DNA of 24,601 nt from Chlamydiales bacterium (GTDB lineage: Bacteria; Chlamydiota; Chlamydiia; Chlamydiales; JBDQID01): contig JBLFWS010000034.1 of the NCBI GenBank assembly GCA_047611865.1, positions 1 to 24,601 of the forward strand. The letters are read 5' to 3'. Positions 1 to 7,715 of this stretch are shown here, one piece after another. How positions within the stretch are numbered: position 1 is the stretch's first letter; each line of letters begins with the position of its first letter. The notes below the pieces were generated by a model, which did no database searches, was not told the DNA's origin, and was given only the letters and a program-made list of their open reading frames with translations. A program made the position numbers and the translations under genes.

Positions 1-126
1 TTCGTTGGAATCCGGACAAACTGCAAGGTGGAGCTTTCTCCAAGTGCGCCGTTTACTATATCCATGCTGCCGAACCTTCCATTCACCTTCCCCATATACT
101 TTCAAACCAGTTGAGTCAATCACTAA
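1..126 (-). pseudogene. IS5-family (IS903 group) DDE transposase fragment; N-terminus deleted, continues off the left edge of the window
   Basis: Minus-strand translation of 126..1 gives LVIDSTGLKVYGEGEWKVRQHGYSKRRTWRKLHLAVCPDSNE, matching the IS903 transposase signature (IDSTGLKxxGEGEWK...RRxWRKLHLAV) around the first catalytic Asp. An in-frame stop at 133-135 and no start codon in between show the 5' part is missing. Not in the ORF track. Confidence 0.93.
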
Positions 127-127
127 A

Positions 128-454
128 GAAGTTCATCGTCACTTGGGACCGGGTTTACTTGAATCAACTTACGAAGCCTGCCTCAGTTATGAGCTAAGAC
201 TTAGAGGGCTAAAGGTGGAACAGCAAAAGTCTATGCCTATCATTTACAAAGATGTAATGCTTGAGTGTGGTTATCGTTTGGATTTGATCGTAGAGAACCA
301 AGTAATTGTGGAAATAAAGTCCGTGAATGAATTTGCTCCCGTTCATGAAGCTCAAATGCTTTCCTACCTTAAGCCACGCGGTGGAGGAAGAGGTCTTCTT
401 ATAAACTTCAATGTAAAGTTGTTGAAGAATGGTATTCGCCGGATGAAAATTTAG
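128..454 (+). pseudogene. GxxExxY family protein (PD-(D/E)XK nuclease-like), 5'-truncated
   Basis: EVHRHLGPGLLESTYEACL carries the GxxExxY motif, followed by YRLDLIVE, VEIKSV, HEAQMLSYLK and GLLINF. The first 41 codons of ORF 5..454 are the antisense of the transposase fragment, so the native N-terminus is lost. Confidence 0.88.
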
Positions 455-456
455 CC

Positions 457-505
457 TCTCTCTGTGTTCTCGGTGAACTCGGTGGTTGATTAATGCAACA
501 ACGCC
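457..505. mobile_element. Right end of the GxxExxY-carrying element: 3 x 9-mer repeat arm plus IS903-like terminal inverted repeat
   Basis: 457-487 TCTCTCTGTGTTCTCGGTGAACTCGGTGGTT matches the MITE right arm at 4962-4992 at 28/31. 491-505 TAATGCAACAACGCC matches the reverse complement of the MITE left TIR GGCGTTGTTGCATAA at 14/15. Confidence 0.88.
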
Positions 506-532
506 ATGCCAGACGGGGAAAATGCATGGCAG

Positions 533-562
533 AAATACAAGTTTGAGCCCGAGTGTGGTATA
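533..562. repeat. Degenerate right end of a TATACC...GGTATA palindromic element
   Basis: AAATACAAGTTTGAGCCCGAGTGTGGTATA resembles AAATCACAGGTTTGATACGAGATTGGTATA at 19449-19478. Confidence 0.5.
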
Positions 563-645
563 AAACGTATAATGTCATCTACTTGCCTTAGCATGCGGAG
601 ATTTATGCGCTTCAACAGTCAACAAAATCTTCGGCCCAAAAATTA

Positions 646-669
646 AATTCTTGAACTTGTTTCGGTATA
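646..669. repeat. End of a small dispersed repeat; inverted copy at 9369-9392
   Basis: AATTCTTGAACTTGTTTCGGTATA versus the reverse complement of 9369-9392, AATTCTTGAATTTGTTTCGATATA (22/24). Confidence 0.7.
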
Positions 670-751
670 AGCTCGACCGAATTTATTCTTTGTCCACGGC
701 TATCAATACTTTCGGTGGAAAATAAATTCATCGAGAGTGGAGTTTTTTTAT

Positions 752-779
752 TTGACTTTTCTTAAATATTTGCTACGTT
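752..779 (+). promoter_or_regulatory. Candidate sigma66/sigma70-type promoter for nqrB
   Basis: TTGACT (752-757), 16-nt spacer, TACGTT (774-779) preceded by TG; about 35 nt upstream of ATG 814. Confidence 0.35.
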
Positions 780-813
780 GGGTGCAAATTTAACTCGATT
801 TGGGTCCCCAATC

Positions 814-2340
814 ATGTTGCGAAAAATTCTGGATTACAAACTGTCCTTTTTTGAGAAAGGAAAGCCCTTACATCCCTTGCGCCCATTTATTTCTGCTGCA
901 GATGCATTTTTTTATGAAGTTCCTGAAAACACTCATAAGGGACCTCATATCCGCGATGCAGTAGACTTAAAGCGATGGATGATAATGGTCATATTCGCAT
1001 TGATTCCATGCATACTTATGGCTATATGGAATACCGGATTGCAAAAATTTGTCTATGCGGGCAATGACTTTTCCTTGATGAATGAATACCTAGCGGCTTC
1101 AACATCTTTTGATGGTTACCTCGGCTTTGCGGCCAAGGACAATCGATTTCTGGAGATTCTAAAGCTCGGATCTATGGCCTTCTTTCCAGTAATGATTATT
1201 TCCTACGCAGTAGGGGGATTTTGGGAAGGTGTATTTGCCTGTGTCAGAAAACATGAAATAGCAGAGGGCTTTTTGGTTACAGGGATGCTATATCCCTTGA
1301 TTTTGCCTTCAACAATACCCTACTGGATGGTTGCTGTTGGTGTTTCTGTAGGAGTCATTTTGTCCAAAGAGCTATTCGGTGGGACAGGAATGAATATTAT
1401 GAACCCAGCATTAGTGTGCAGGGCTTTTTTATTTTTCAGTTTTCCTAACAAGATGTCTGGAGATGTATGGGTTGGAACAAATCCAACTCTTGTGTCGCAG
1501 AGTGTTTCTAAAATGAATTTAGATGCTGCAGAGTCTGGATATGATGGTTTTGCGCAAGCTACTCACTTAGCGGTATTCAATATTTCTGAAGAAGTTAAGC
1601 GTGTTCATGTTGATGCCATAGCTTCAAACAATGTCGGTGCTGATGTAGGAACTTTTGGAATAGTGCAAAGGCATTTTGATAGGTGGAACTCTCTCGGAGG
1701 TCATGATGCAACACTTGGACAGCTTACTTCCGAGCAAACAAGGAATTTCGTGACTTCTCCTATAGCGGAGGGCGGACTTGCTTTAGCTCCTGAAAATTAC
1801 CAGGCCGCTTATGAATTTTCTTCGCTTAACTATGGAATAGGGCACAATAGCGATGCTACATTATTTTTTGGAGACATGCTGGGGTCCATGGGAGAAACTT
1901 CCGTGCTAGCCTGTCTTCTTGGAGCTTTTCTCTTGATATATTTTGGGGTAGGTTCCTGGAGAAGTATGCTGGCAGTAACGTTAGGAGCCCTTGGTACAGC
2001 ATTCTTATACCAGTTCGGAGCAGAAAATCTAGGATTTGATGGCGGAGCGTGGAATCCAGCTAAATACGCATTGCCTGCCTATAAGCACCTCCTGATGGGG
2101 GGGCTGGCTTTTGGACTGGTATTTATGGCGACCGATCCGGTTTCTTCTCCTTCGATGAACTCGGCAAAATGGATTTATGGGCTGATCGTAGGCGCTATTG
2201 TAATTGTCATTCGAACAATTAACCCGGCATATCCCGAAGGGACTATGTTGGCAATCTTGTTGGGGAATGTTTTTGCTCCCCTAATAGATCACTACTGTAT
2301 TCGAAATTACAGGAGAGTACGTCGTGTCAGAGCAACCTAA
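814..2340 (+). CDS. nqrB: Na+-translocating NADH:quinone reductase subunit B
   Basis: PHIRDAVDLKRWM, EGFLVTGML, KELFGGTGMNIMNPAL, GSMGETS, FMATDPVS and NPAYPEG motifs; contains a long chlamydial-type insert. ATG 814 preferred over TTG 778. Confidence 0.96.
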   Translation: MLRKILDYKLSFFEKGKPLHPLRPFISAADAFFYEVPENTHKGPHIRDAVDLKRWMIMVIFALIPCILMAIWNTGLQKFVYAGNDFSLMNEYLAASTSFDGYLGFAAKDNRFLEILKLGSMAFFPVMIISYAVGGFWEGVFACVRKHEIAEGFLVTGMLYPLILPSTIPYWMVAVGVSVGVILSKELFGGTGMNIMNPALVCRAFLFFSFPNKMSGDVWVGTNPTLVSQSVSKMNLDAAESGYDGFAQATHLAVFNISEEVKRVHVDAIASNNVGADVGTFGIVQRHFDRWNSLGGHDATLGQLTSEQTRNFVTSPIAEGGLALAPENYQAAYEFSSLNYGIGHNSDATLFFGDMLGSMGETSVLACLLGAFLLIYFGVGSWRSMLAVTLGALGTAFLYQFGAENLGFDGGAWNPAKYALPAYKHLLMGGLAFGLVFMATDPVSSPSMNSAKWIYGLIVGAIVIVIRTINPAYPEGTMLAILLGNVFAPLIDHYCIRNYRRVRRVRAT

Positions 2341-3244
2341 AACAGTTAGCAATACACAAACACTTACCTTTATGGTGGTTCTGTGTACTACTTGTGCCAT
2401 GATACTAGCTGTTCTGGCAACTTCTTTAAGAGAGAGGCAGGAAAAGGCTGAGGAGTTAAACCGCAGTCAGGAAATGCTTATTGCAGCTCACGTATTTAGT
2501 CCCGAAGGAGTTTTTTATGTTCTGGATGATAATGGGGAGTATGTTTCTGCAAAAGTACAAAGAGAAGGCGTTTTAGTCCCTTCACAGGAAAAGACTTACG
2601 CAAGTTCTGACGAAATTTTTGATATTTACCAGCTGCGTACCAATGCGTTTCTTGTTAATTCAAATGGTGAAAGACTAACATTCGACGAAGCAGGGATTGA
2701 TAAGGGTGACTACATCTCTCAAAACATGAAAAGTGGGTATGCAAATCTTCCGTTGAAACTTGTTTATGAAGTATCACCGAATGGTATTCCTGCAGGTAAG
2801 ATGCAAGAGGGTAAGATTGATGCAGAGGCTTATATTATCCCTGTAAAAGGTTTTGGGCTATGGGATGCTATATACGGTTATATCGCCTTTAAGTCCGATG
2901 GTGACACCGTTATTGGAACTGCATGGTATGATCATAAAGAAACCCCTGGCCTTGGGGCTAATATTGCCAATCCTGTGTGGCAAGGGCAATTTCCAGGCAA
3001 AGCATTGTTTCTAGATGGTGCTGGTTCCAAAGATGTGGCGCCTCTTGGAATTACTGTCGTACGAGGTAAGGCAAATGAAGTTTTTGCCGGATCTCTTAGC
3101 AAGGAAAAAAGTGCCGTGGATGGAATGGCAGGAGCCACACTGACTGGCAATGGGGTAACCAAAGCCTTCAAAGATTCTTTAGGGCCTTACAGGGAATTTC
3201 TGATGATCCTAAACGATTCTTATTTGACTAAGAAACAACCTTAA
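2324..3244 (+). CDS. nqrC: Na+-NQR subunit C
   Basis: N-terminal TM helix, GFGLWDAIYG, HKETPGLGA and the FMN-attachment motif DGMAGATLT; RBS AGGAG upstream of the GTG start. Confidence 0.95.
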   Translation: MSEQPKTVSNTQTLTFMVVLCTTCAMILAVLATSLRERQEKAEELNRSQEMLIAAHVFSPEGVFYVLDDNGEYVSAKVQREGVLVPSQEKTYASSDEIFDIYQLRTNAFLVNSNGERLTFDEAGIDKGDYISQNMKSGYANLPLKLVYEVSPNGIPAGKMQEGKIDAEAYIIPVKGFGLWDAIYGYIAFKSDGDTVIGTAWYDHKETPGLGANIANPVWQGQFPGKALFLDGAGSKDVAPLGITVVRGKANEVFAGSLSKEKSAVDGMAGATLTGNGVTKAFKDSLGPYREFLMILNDSYLTKKQP

Positions 3245-3262
3245 GTGGGAGCCAGGCTAGCA

Positions 3263-3907
3263 ATGGCAACGAAGGTAACTCTCAAGCAATATTTTACTGA
3301 ACCCTTGTGGAAGAATAATCAGGTCCTTGCGGCGATCTTGGGTATTTGCTCAGCCTTGGGTATTACGACGAGTCTTAAGGTAGCGATGACCATGGGAATA
3401 GCTGTAACACTTGTTACAGGACTGTCTTCATTCATTGTTTCATTGATTCGTAACGTAACGCCTGACAGCGTAAGAATGATTACTCAGCTGGCTGTTATAT
3501 CGACATTTGTAACCATCGTCGACCAGTTCTTGAAGGCTTATTTGTTTGGTCTCTGGAAGGAGTTGACGGTTTTTGTGGGTTTGATAATAACGAACTGCTT
3601 AGTGATGGGTCGTGCAGAGGCTATGGCAAAGTCTGTGCGTCCTATACCGGCTCTTTTAGATGGGCTCGGATCGGGGTTGGGATATTTTGTTGTGATCCTG
3701 ATTGTCGCTTTTTTCAGAGAGCTTTTTGGATTCGGTACATTATTTGATATGCAGGTAATACCTGAAGCATGGTATGCAACAGCAGAAAATCCCGACGGTT
3801 ATCAGAACATTGGTCTGATGGTTGTTCCACCAGCAGCCTTTTTTATTCTTGCCGGGTTGATCTGGGTGTATAATACAGTAAGTGGACAAGACGTAGAAGC
3901 CCAATAA
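3263..3907 (+). CDS. nqrD: Na+-NQR subunit D
   Basis: [25 protein letters not shown] and PPAAFF motifs; ATG 3263 likely start (ORF open from 3245). Confidence 0.95.
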   Translation: MATKVTLKQYFTEPLWKNNQVLAAILGICSALGITTSLKVAMTMGIAVTLVTGLSSFIVSLIRNVTPDSVRMITQLAVISTFVTIVDQFLKAYLFGLWKELTVFVGLIITNCLVMGRAEAMAKSVRPIPALLDGLGSGLGYFVVILIVAFFRELFGFGTLFDMQVIPEAWYATAENPDGYQNIGLMVVPPAAFFILAGLIWVYNTVSGQDVEAQ

Positions 3908-3920
3908 GGAGAGCTTTAGC

Positions 3921-4658
3921 ATGTGGATGGGAGACTACCAAGCAATTAATCTTTTAGGTTTATTAATCCAGTCGGCACTGATAGAGAATTTTCTCCTCTC
4001 TTTGTTTTTAGGCATGTGTACCTACTTGGCTTGTTCCAAAAGGGTCGCTACTGCAAATGGCTTGGGAACAGCTGTGGTTTTTGTTTTGACCATGGCAGGG
4101 GTTTTGAATTGGTGTGTGCGACAGTTTATTACAGCACCTGGTGCTTTGGGATGGCTCAGCTTTACTGGCCTGGACCTTTCCGGTGTTGATCTAAGCTTTC
4201 TTCAATTTATACAGTTTATTTCCGTAATAGCTGCTTTTGTACAGGTTTTGGAAATCGTGATCGAAAAATTTTCTCCAGCCTTGTACAACTCTCTAGGGTC
4301 TTACCTACCTTTGATTACGGTTAACTGTGCCATACTTGGAGCTTGTCTTTGGGCTGCAACGAGAGACTATCCTTTCGTACCCAACTTGGTTTATGTATTT
4401 GGAGCAGGTCTAGGTTGGTGGATCGCAATTGCTTTCATCGCTGCGATTCGAGAAAAGCTGACCTATTCAAATGTGATACCAGGGTTACATGGTATGGGAA
4501 TCACTTTTGTTATGAGCGGCTTGATGTCAATGGCATTTTTGGGATTTACAGGAATTAAACTTTCCGAGCCTACGGGTGGAGAGGTAAATACGATAGAGAT
4601 TGAAGTCGTAAAAATGATTCAAGCTACAAAAGATGATGCGGCTACATTTAGTGGTTAA
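3921..4658 (+). CDS. nqrE: Na+-NQR subunit E
   Basis: FLGMCTYLACS, YLPLITVNCAILG and MSMAFLGF motifs; RBS AAGGAG upstream. Confidence 0.95.
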   Translation: MWMGDYQAINLLGLLIQSALIENFLLSLFLGMCTYLACSKRVATANGLGTAVVFVLTMAGVLNWCVRQFITAPGALGWLSFTGLDLSGVDLSFLQFIQFISVIAAFVQVLEIVIEKFSPALYNSLGSYLPLITVNCAILGACLWAATRDYPFVPNLVYVFGAGLGWWIAIAFIAAIREKLTYSNVIPGLHGMGITFVMSGLMSMAFLGFTGIKLSEPTGGEVNTIEIEVVKMIQATKDDAATFSG

Positions 4659-4690
4659 GCGTTGATTTCAGTAGCTTCTGAATAAGAAAT

Positions 4691-4740
4691 GCAAAAGCGC
4701 AAAGAAGCAAAAGTAATATTATGCTTCTTTGCGCTTTTGC
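4691..4740. repeat. Perfect 19-bp inverted repeat with an internal 8-nt GCAAA periodicity; possible bidirectional terminator between nqrE and hemD and/or core of a degenerate element
   Basis: GCAAAAGCGCAAAGAAGCA (4691-4709), 12-nt loop, TGCTTCTTTGCGCTTTTGC (4722-4740), followed by T-rich sequence. Confidence 0.8.
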
Positions 4741-4766
4741 GTTTTGCTTTCTTTGGTTTTGCGATA

Positions 4767-4782
4767 TTTATGCAACAACGCC
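4767..4782. repeat. Isolated IS903-like right terminal repeat
   Basis: TTTATGCAACAACGCC is the exact reverse complement of GGCGTTGTTGCATAAA at 4824-4839. Confidence 0.85.
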
Positions 4783-4823
4783 ATTTGGAAAAGACAATAC
4801 TTCATCCACATTGAGATTCATCT

Positions 4824-5033
4824 GGCGTTGTTGCATAAAACATGCGTCTACAAGAGGCTTATGATTAAAATTTAACCACCGAGATCACAGAGGGCACAGA
4901 GAAAATAAAAAATCACGGATCAGTTGATAGCATATTCTGAGAGACTTTATGCATTTTTCTATCTCTCTGTGTTCTCGGTGCTCTCAGTGGTTAAATAAAT
5001 GATTGTAAACGTATTAAATTATGCAAAAACGCC
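4824..5033. mobile_element. 210-bp MITE copy 1, IS903-like ends, 9-bp target duplication
   Basis: TIRs GGCGTTGTTGCATAA and TTATGCAAAAACGCC; flanks GATTCATCT (4815-4823) and GATTCACCT (5034-5042); internal inverted arms at 4870-4913 and 4953-4996; about 95% identical to 9576-9785. Confidence 0.93.
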
Positions 5034-5673
5034 GATTCACCTTAGAAAGATACTTTTCTGTGACAGGGCCAATGGGGGTTATCTTAATACCTTCGGGAAC
5101 TTTGGGGAATATTTGTAAAAAAGCATCAACTGTTGATGGGCTTGTGAAGATGATTTCTTTGAACTCTTTAAGGTCCGGAATTTTCTCTGCCTTAACGGGT
5201 AAGGTGTCATAAAGGGAGCATTCTTTAAATCTAATTTTTTCTTTAAGGAAAAAGTCTGAGATAAGGGGGCGAGAGAGGCTTGAGTGGGGCCAAAAACAAA
5301 ACGCACTGCTGAGGTCTATCTGGGACAATGCTTGAACGACTCCCTCGGCAGTTTCACTTATTGCAGTGATGTTTGGGGAAAATCCCAACTTGACAAGTAG
5401 GCTAGCTGTTGCTTTACCTACAGCAATAATAATACAATTTTTACTGATGTCTCCACAATTTAACTCTTTGTGAGTTTCGAAGAAGATGCGAGCAGCATTT
5501 CTACTGGTAAAAACCATATGCGTGTATAGGGGAACATCCTTAAAGCTATCGAGAACTTCAAGGGAGTTTCCTGAGCGTGCTACAATGTGGATCACGGGAA
5601 AGTGATGGATATCCCCCTGAGCTTTGTAACGACTAGGATCAAGACCGAGGTAAAGTATCTTTTTTTCGTGCAT
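5014..5673 (-). CDS. hemD: Uroporphyrinogen-III synthase
   Basis: VFTSRNAA, AVGKATA, ETAEGV, IFTSPSTV and IGPVT motifs; lies downstream of hemC. Likely start ATG 5673 (ORF open from 5712). The stop codon lies inside the MITE. Confidence 0.88.
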   Translation of the reverse strand: MHEKKILYLGLDPSRYKAQGDIHHFPVIHIVARSGNSLEVLDSFKDVPLYTHMVFTSRNAARIFFETHKELNCGDISKNCIIIAVGKATASLLVKLGFSPNITAISETAEGVVQALSQIDLSSAFCFWPHSSLSRPLISDFFLKEKIRFKECSLYDTLPVKAEKIPDLKEFKEIIFTSPSTVDAFLQIFPKVPEGIKITPIGPVTEKYLSKVNRRFCII

Positions 5674-6346
5674 CAAGACAAGAAAACATTTTTTCCATTT
5701 CGAGGTCATCATTTCGAATTACAATTGCCAGTTGGCCTTGTAATTCCGTTGTTTCTCCAGGGAGTTTTACTCTATTGAGGCCTGTTAGTCCCAAGCGTAT
5801 TAAAGCCGCCTCAGCAACAACAATACCATCTGCTTTACCCTCATTAAGAAGGGCCAGGCGCTGTATGATGTCCCCGCGTAAGTCTTTGAATTTAAGCTTA
5901 GGATATAAGGATTTAACGGCTTCTTCGCGTCGTAAGGAGGAGGTGGCAATTATAAAGTTTTCTGGCAGGTTGGAAAAGCTTTCTCCTTCACGAAGTACTA
6001 GGCTATCCGCGGGGTCCAAGCCCTTAGTGATAGCTGCGATGCTCAGCCCCCCGGCCAGCTCTTCTGGCAGGTCTTTGGCAGAATGAATGCTGATTCGACA
6101 TTTGCCATTGAGCTGTAATTGATCGATTTCCTGCGTGAAAAAATCGGTTTTAGCAAGGCCTCGAAGAGAAGTCTTTTGGTCCAGGTCACCCGTTGTTTGC
6201 AAGTAAGTTGAATTGAACTTTACCATAGGGTAGTGGACGTGAAGCTCGTTGAGGATTTCTTTAACTTGCGCGCGAGAAAGATTCGATGCTCGTGCTGCGA
6301 CAGGGATTTCGATGTCCATTTCTGCTTTATTCTTTAATAAGGCCAT
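5639..6346 (-). CDS. hemC: Porphobilinogen deaminase (hydroxymethylbilane synthase), short chlamydial form
   Basis: ARASNLSRAQ, TTGD, HSAKDLP, ATSSLRR, DLRGDI and AEAALIRLG motifs; alternative start at 6319. Confidence 0.92.
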   Translation of the reverse strand: MALLKNKAEMDIEIPVAARASNLSRAQVKEILNELHVHYPMVKFNSTYLQTTGDLDQKTSLRGLAKTDFFTQEIDQLQLNGKCRISIHSAKDLPEELAGGLSIAAITKGLDPADSLVLREGESFSNLPENFIIATSSLRREEAVKSLYPKLKFKDLRGDIIQRLALLNEGKADGIVVAEAALIRLGLTGLNRVKLPGETTELQGQLAIVIRNDDLEMEKMFSCLDARKKDTLPRS

Positions 6347-7706
6347 TTATTGCCATTGCCTCCTCTACAGAACCTACACCTTGTAGTTCAATATTTTTTG
6401 TAATTACTTCAGGTAAACCCTGAACGTTCCTTGTTGGAATAAGACAGCGCTTAAAGCCCATATTAATGGCTTCTTTAATTCGGGTTTCAATTCGTGAAAC
6501 ACTGCGGATTTCTCCACCAAGTCCCACTTCACCGACAACGACTGATTCAGGGTCAATAATTTTGTTACAGTAAGACGAAGCAACTGCGAGTAATATACCC
6601 AAGTCGATGGAAGGTTCAAGAATTTTTATGCCCCCAGCAAGTGAAACGAAAACATCGCAGCGAAACATTTGGAAGCCTACTCTTTTTTCCAAGACTGCCA
6701 GAAGTAAAGCAAGGCGGTTTTGGTCGAGTCCTGTAGACCTACGGGATGGAGTGCTGAAAGCAGTATCCGTAACAAGAGCCTGAACTTCTACTAAAATAGG
6801 GCGCGTTCCTTCAATTGTGGGAATAATAACGGAGCCGGTATTGTTTTTTAAACGCTCCTCCAGAAAGATTTCAGAGGGATTAGCCACCTCAGAAAGCCCA
6901 TTAGCATTCATTTGGAATACAGCAATTTCATCGGTAGGTCCGAAACGGTTTTTTACTACACGCATCATTCTAAAATTATGTTGTTTGTCGCCTTCGAAAT
7001 ATAAAACAGTGTCTACGAGATGTTCAAGGATTCTTGGGCCTGCAATTTCTCCGGATTTTGTTACGTGTCCGATAAGGAAAATCGTGATCCCTCCGCCTTT
7101 AGCGATGTGCATAAATTCGGTGGCTGTTTCTCTTACCTGGGAGACAGAGCCTGGAGCAGAGGAAATTTCGTTTTTGTAGACAATCTGGATGGAGTCGACA
7201 ATGACAACGTCAGGGTTAATCTTGTCGATATGTGACTTGATTAAGGAGAAGTTGGTCTCATTAAGAAGATAGAGATTGTCATGGCTAATATCCAAGCGCT
7301 TCGCTCGCATGGAAGTTTGGGCTACAGACTCCTCCCCACAGATGTAGAGAACTGTCAATCCTTGCTTCGAAAAAGCACTGGAAACTTGCAGTAGTAATGT
7401 AGATTTCCCAATTCCAGGGTCTCCACCTACAAGAGACAGTGAACCTGGTACGACTCCACCACCAACGAGTCTGTCAAATTCACCAATGTGGGTGTGAATG
7501 CGGGGTGTTTCACAAAGGTTTACTTCGTTAAGCCGTACAGGTTTGGAAGTTTGCCTTTCTTTAGTGGCTTCAAATCGAGTGTTTTGGGGAGCTTCCACTT
7601 CTTCAGCGAGAGTATTCCATTCATTACACTGAGGGCATTGGCCAGACCATTTGATCTGTTTGTGTCCACAATCATTGCAATACCAAACGGTCTTTGTTTT
7701 AGCCAT
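6327..7706 (-). CDS. radA: DNA repair protein RadA/Sms
   Basis: N-terminal CxxC...CxxC zinc finger, Walker A GGDPGIGKST, KNRFG motif and Lon-like C-terminal domain. Confidence 0.97.
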   Translation of the reverse strand: MAKTKTVWYCNDCGHKQIKWSGQCPQCNEWNTLAEEVEAPQNTRFEATKERQTSKPVRLNEVNLCETPRIHTHIGEFDRLVGGGVVPGSLSLVGGDPGIGKSTLLLQVSSAFSKQGLTVLYICGEESVAQTSMRAKRLDISHDNLYLLNETNFSLIKSHIDKINPDVVIVDSIQIVYKNEISSAPGSVSQVRETATEFMHIAKGGGITIFLIGHVTKSGEIAGPRILEHLVDTVLYFEGDKQHNFRMMRVVKNRFGPTDEIAVFQMNANGLSEVANPSEIFLEERLKNNTGSVIIPTIEGTRPILVEVQALVTDTAFSTPSRRSTGLDQNRLALLLAVLEKRVGFQMFRCDVFVSLAGGIKILEPSIDLGILLAVASSYCNKIIDPESVVVGEVGLGGEIRSVSRIETRIKEAINMGFKRCLIPTRNVQGLPEVITKNIELQGVGSVEEAMAINGLIKE

Positions 7707-7715
7707 GGTCTAGTC

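Noticed and set aside
5..127. N-terminal 41 aa of ORF 5..454 as a novel GxxExxY extension
   Set aside because: It is the antisense reading of the transposase fragment; the open frame is probably fortuitous.
814..4658. Absence of nqrA and nqrF as a sign of a broken Na+-NQR
   Set aside because: In Chlamydiota nqrA and nqrF are normally encoded away from nqrBCDE.
4767..4839. 17-bp perfect inverted repeat as a stand-alone hairpin or operator
   Set aside because: Explained as the right TIR of one element facing the left TIR of the next, with about 40 bp of intervening sequence.
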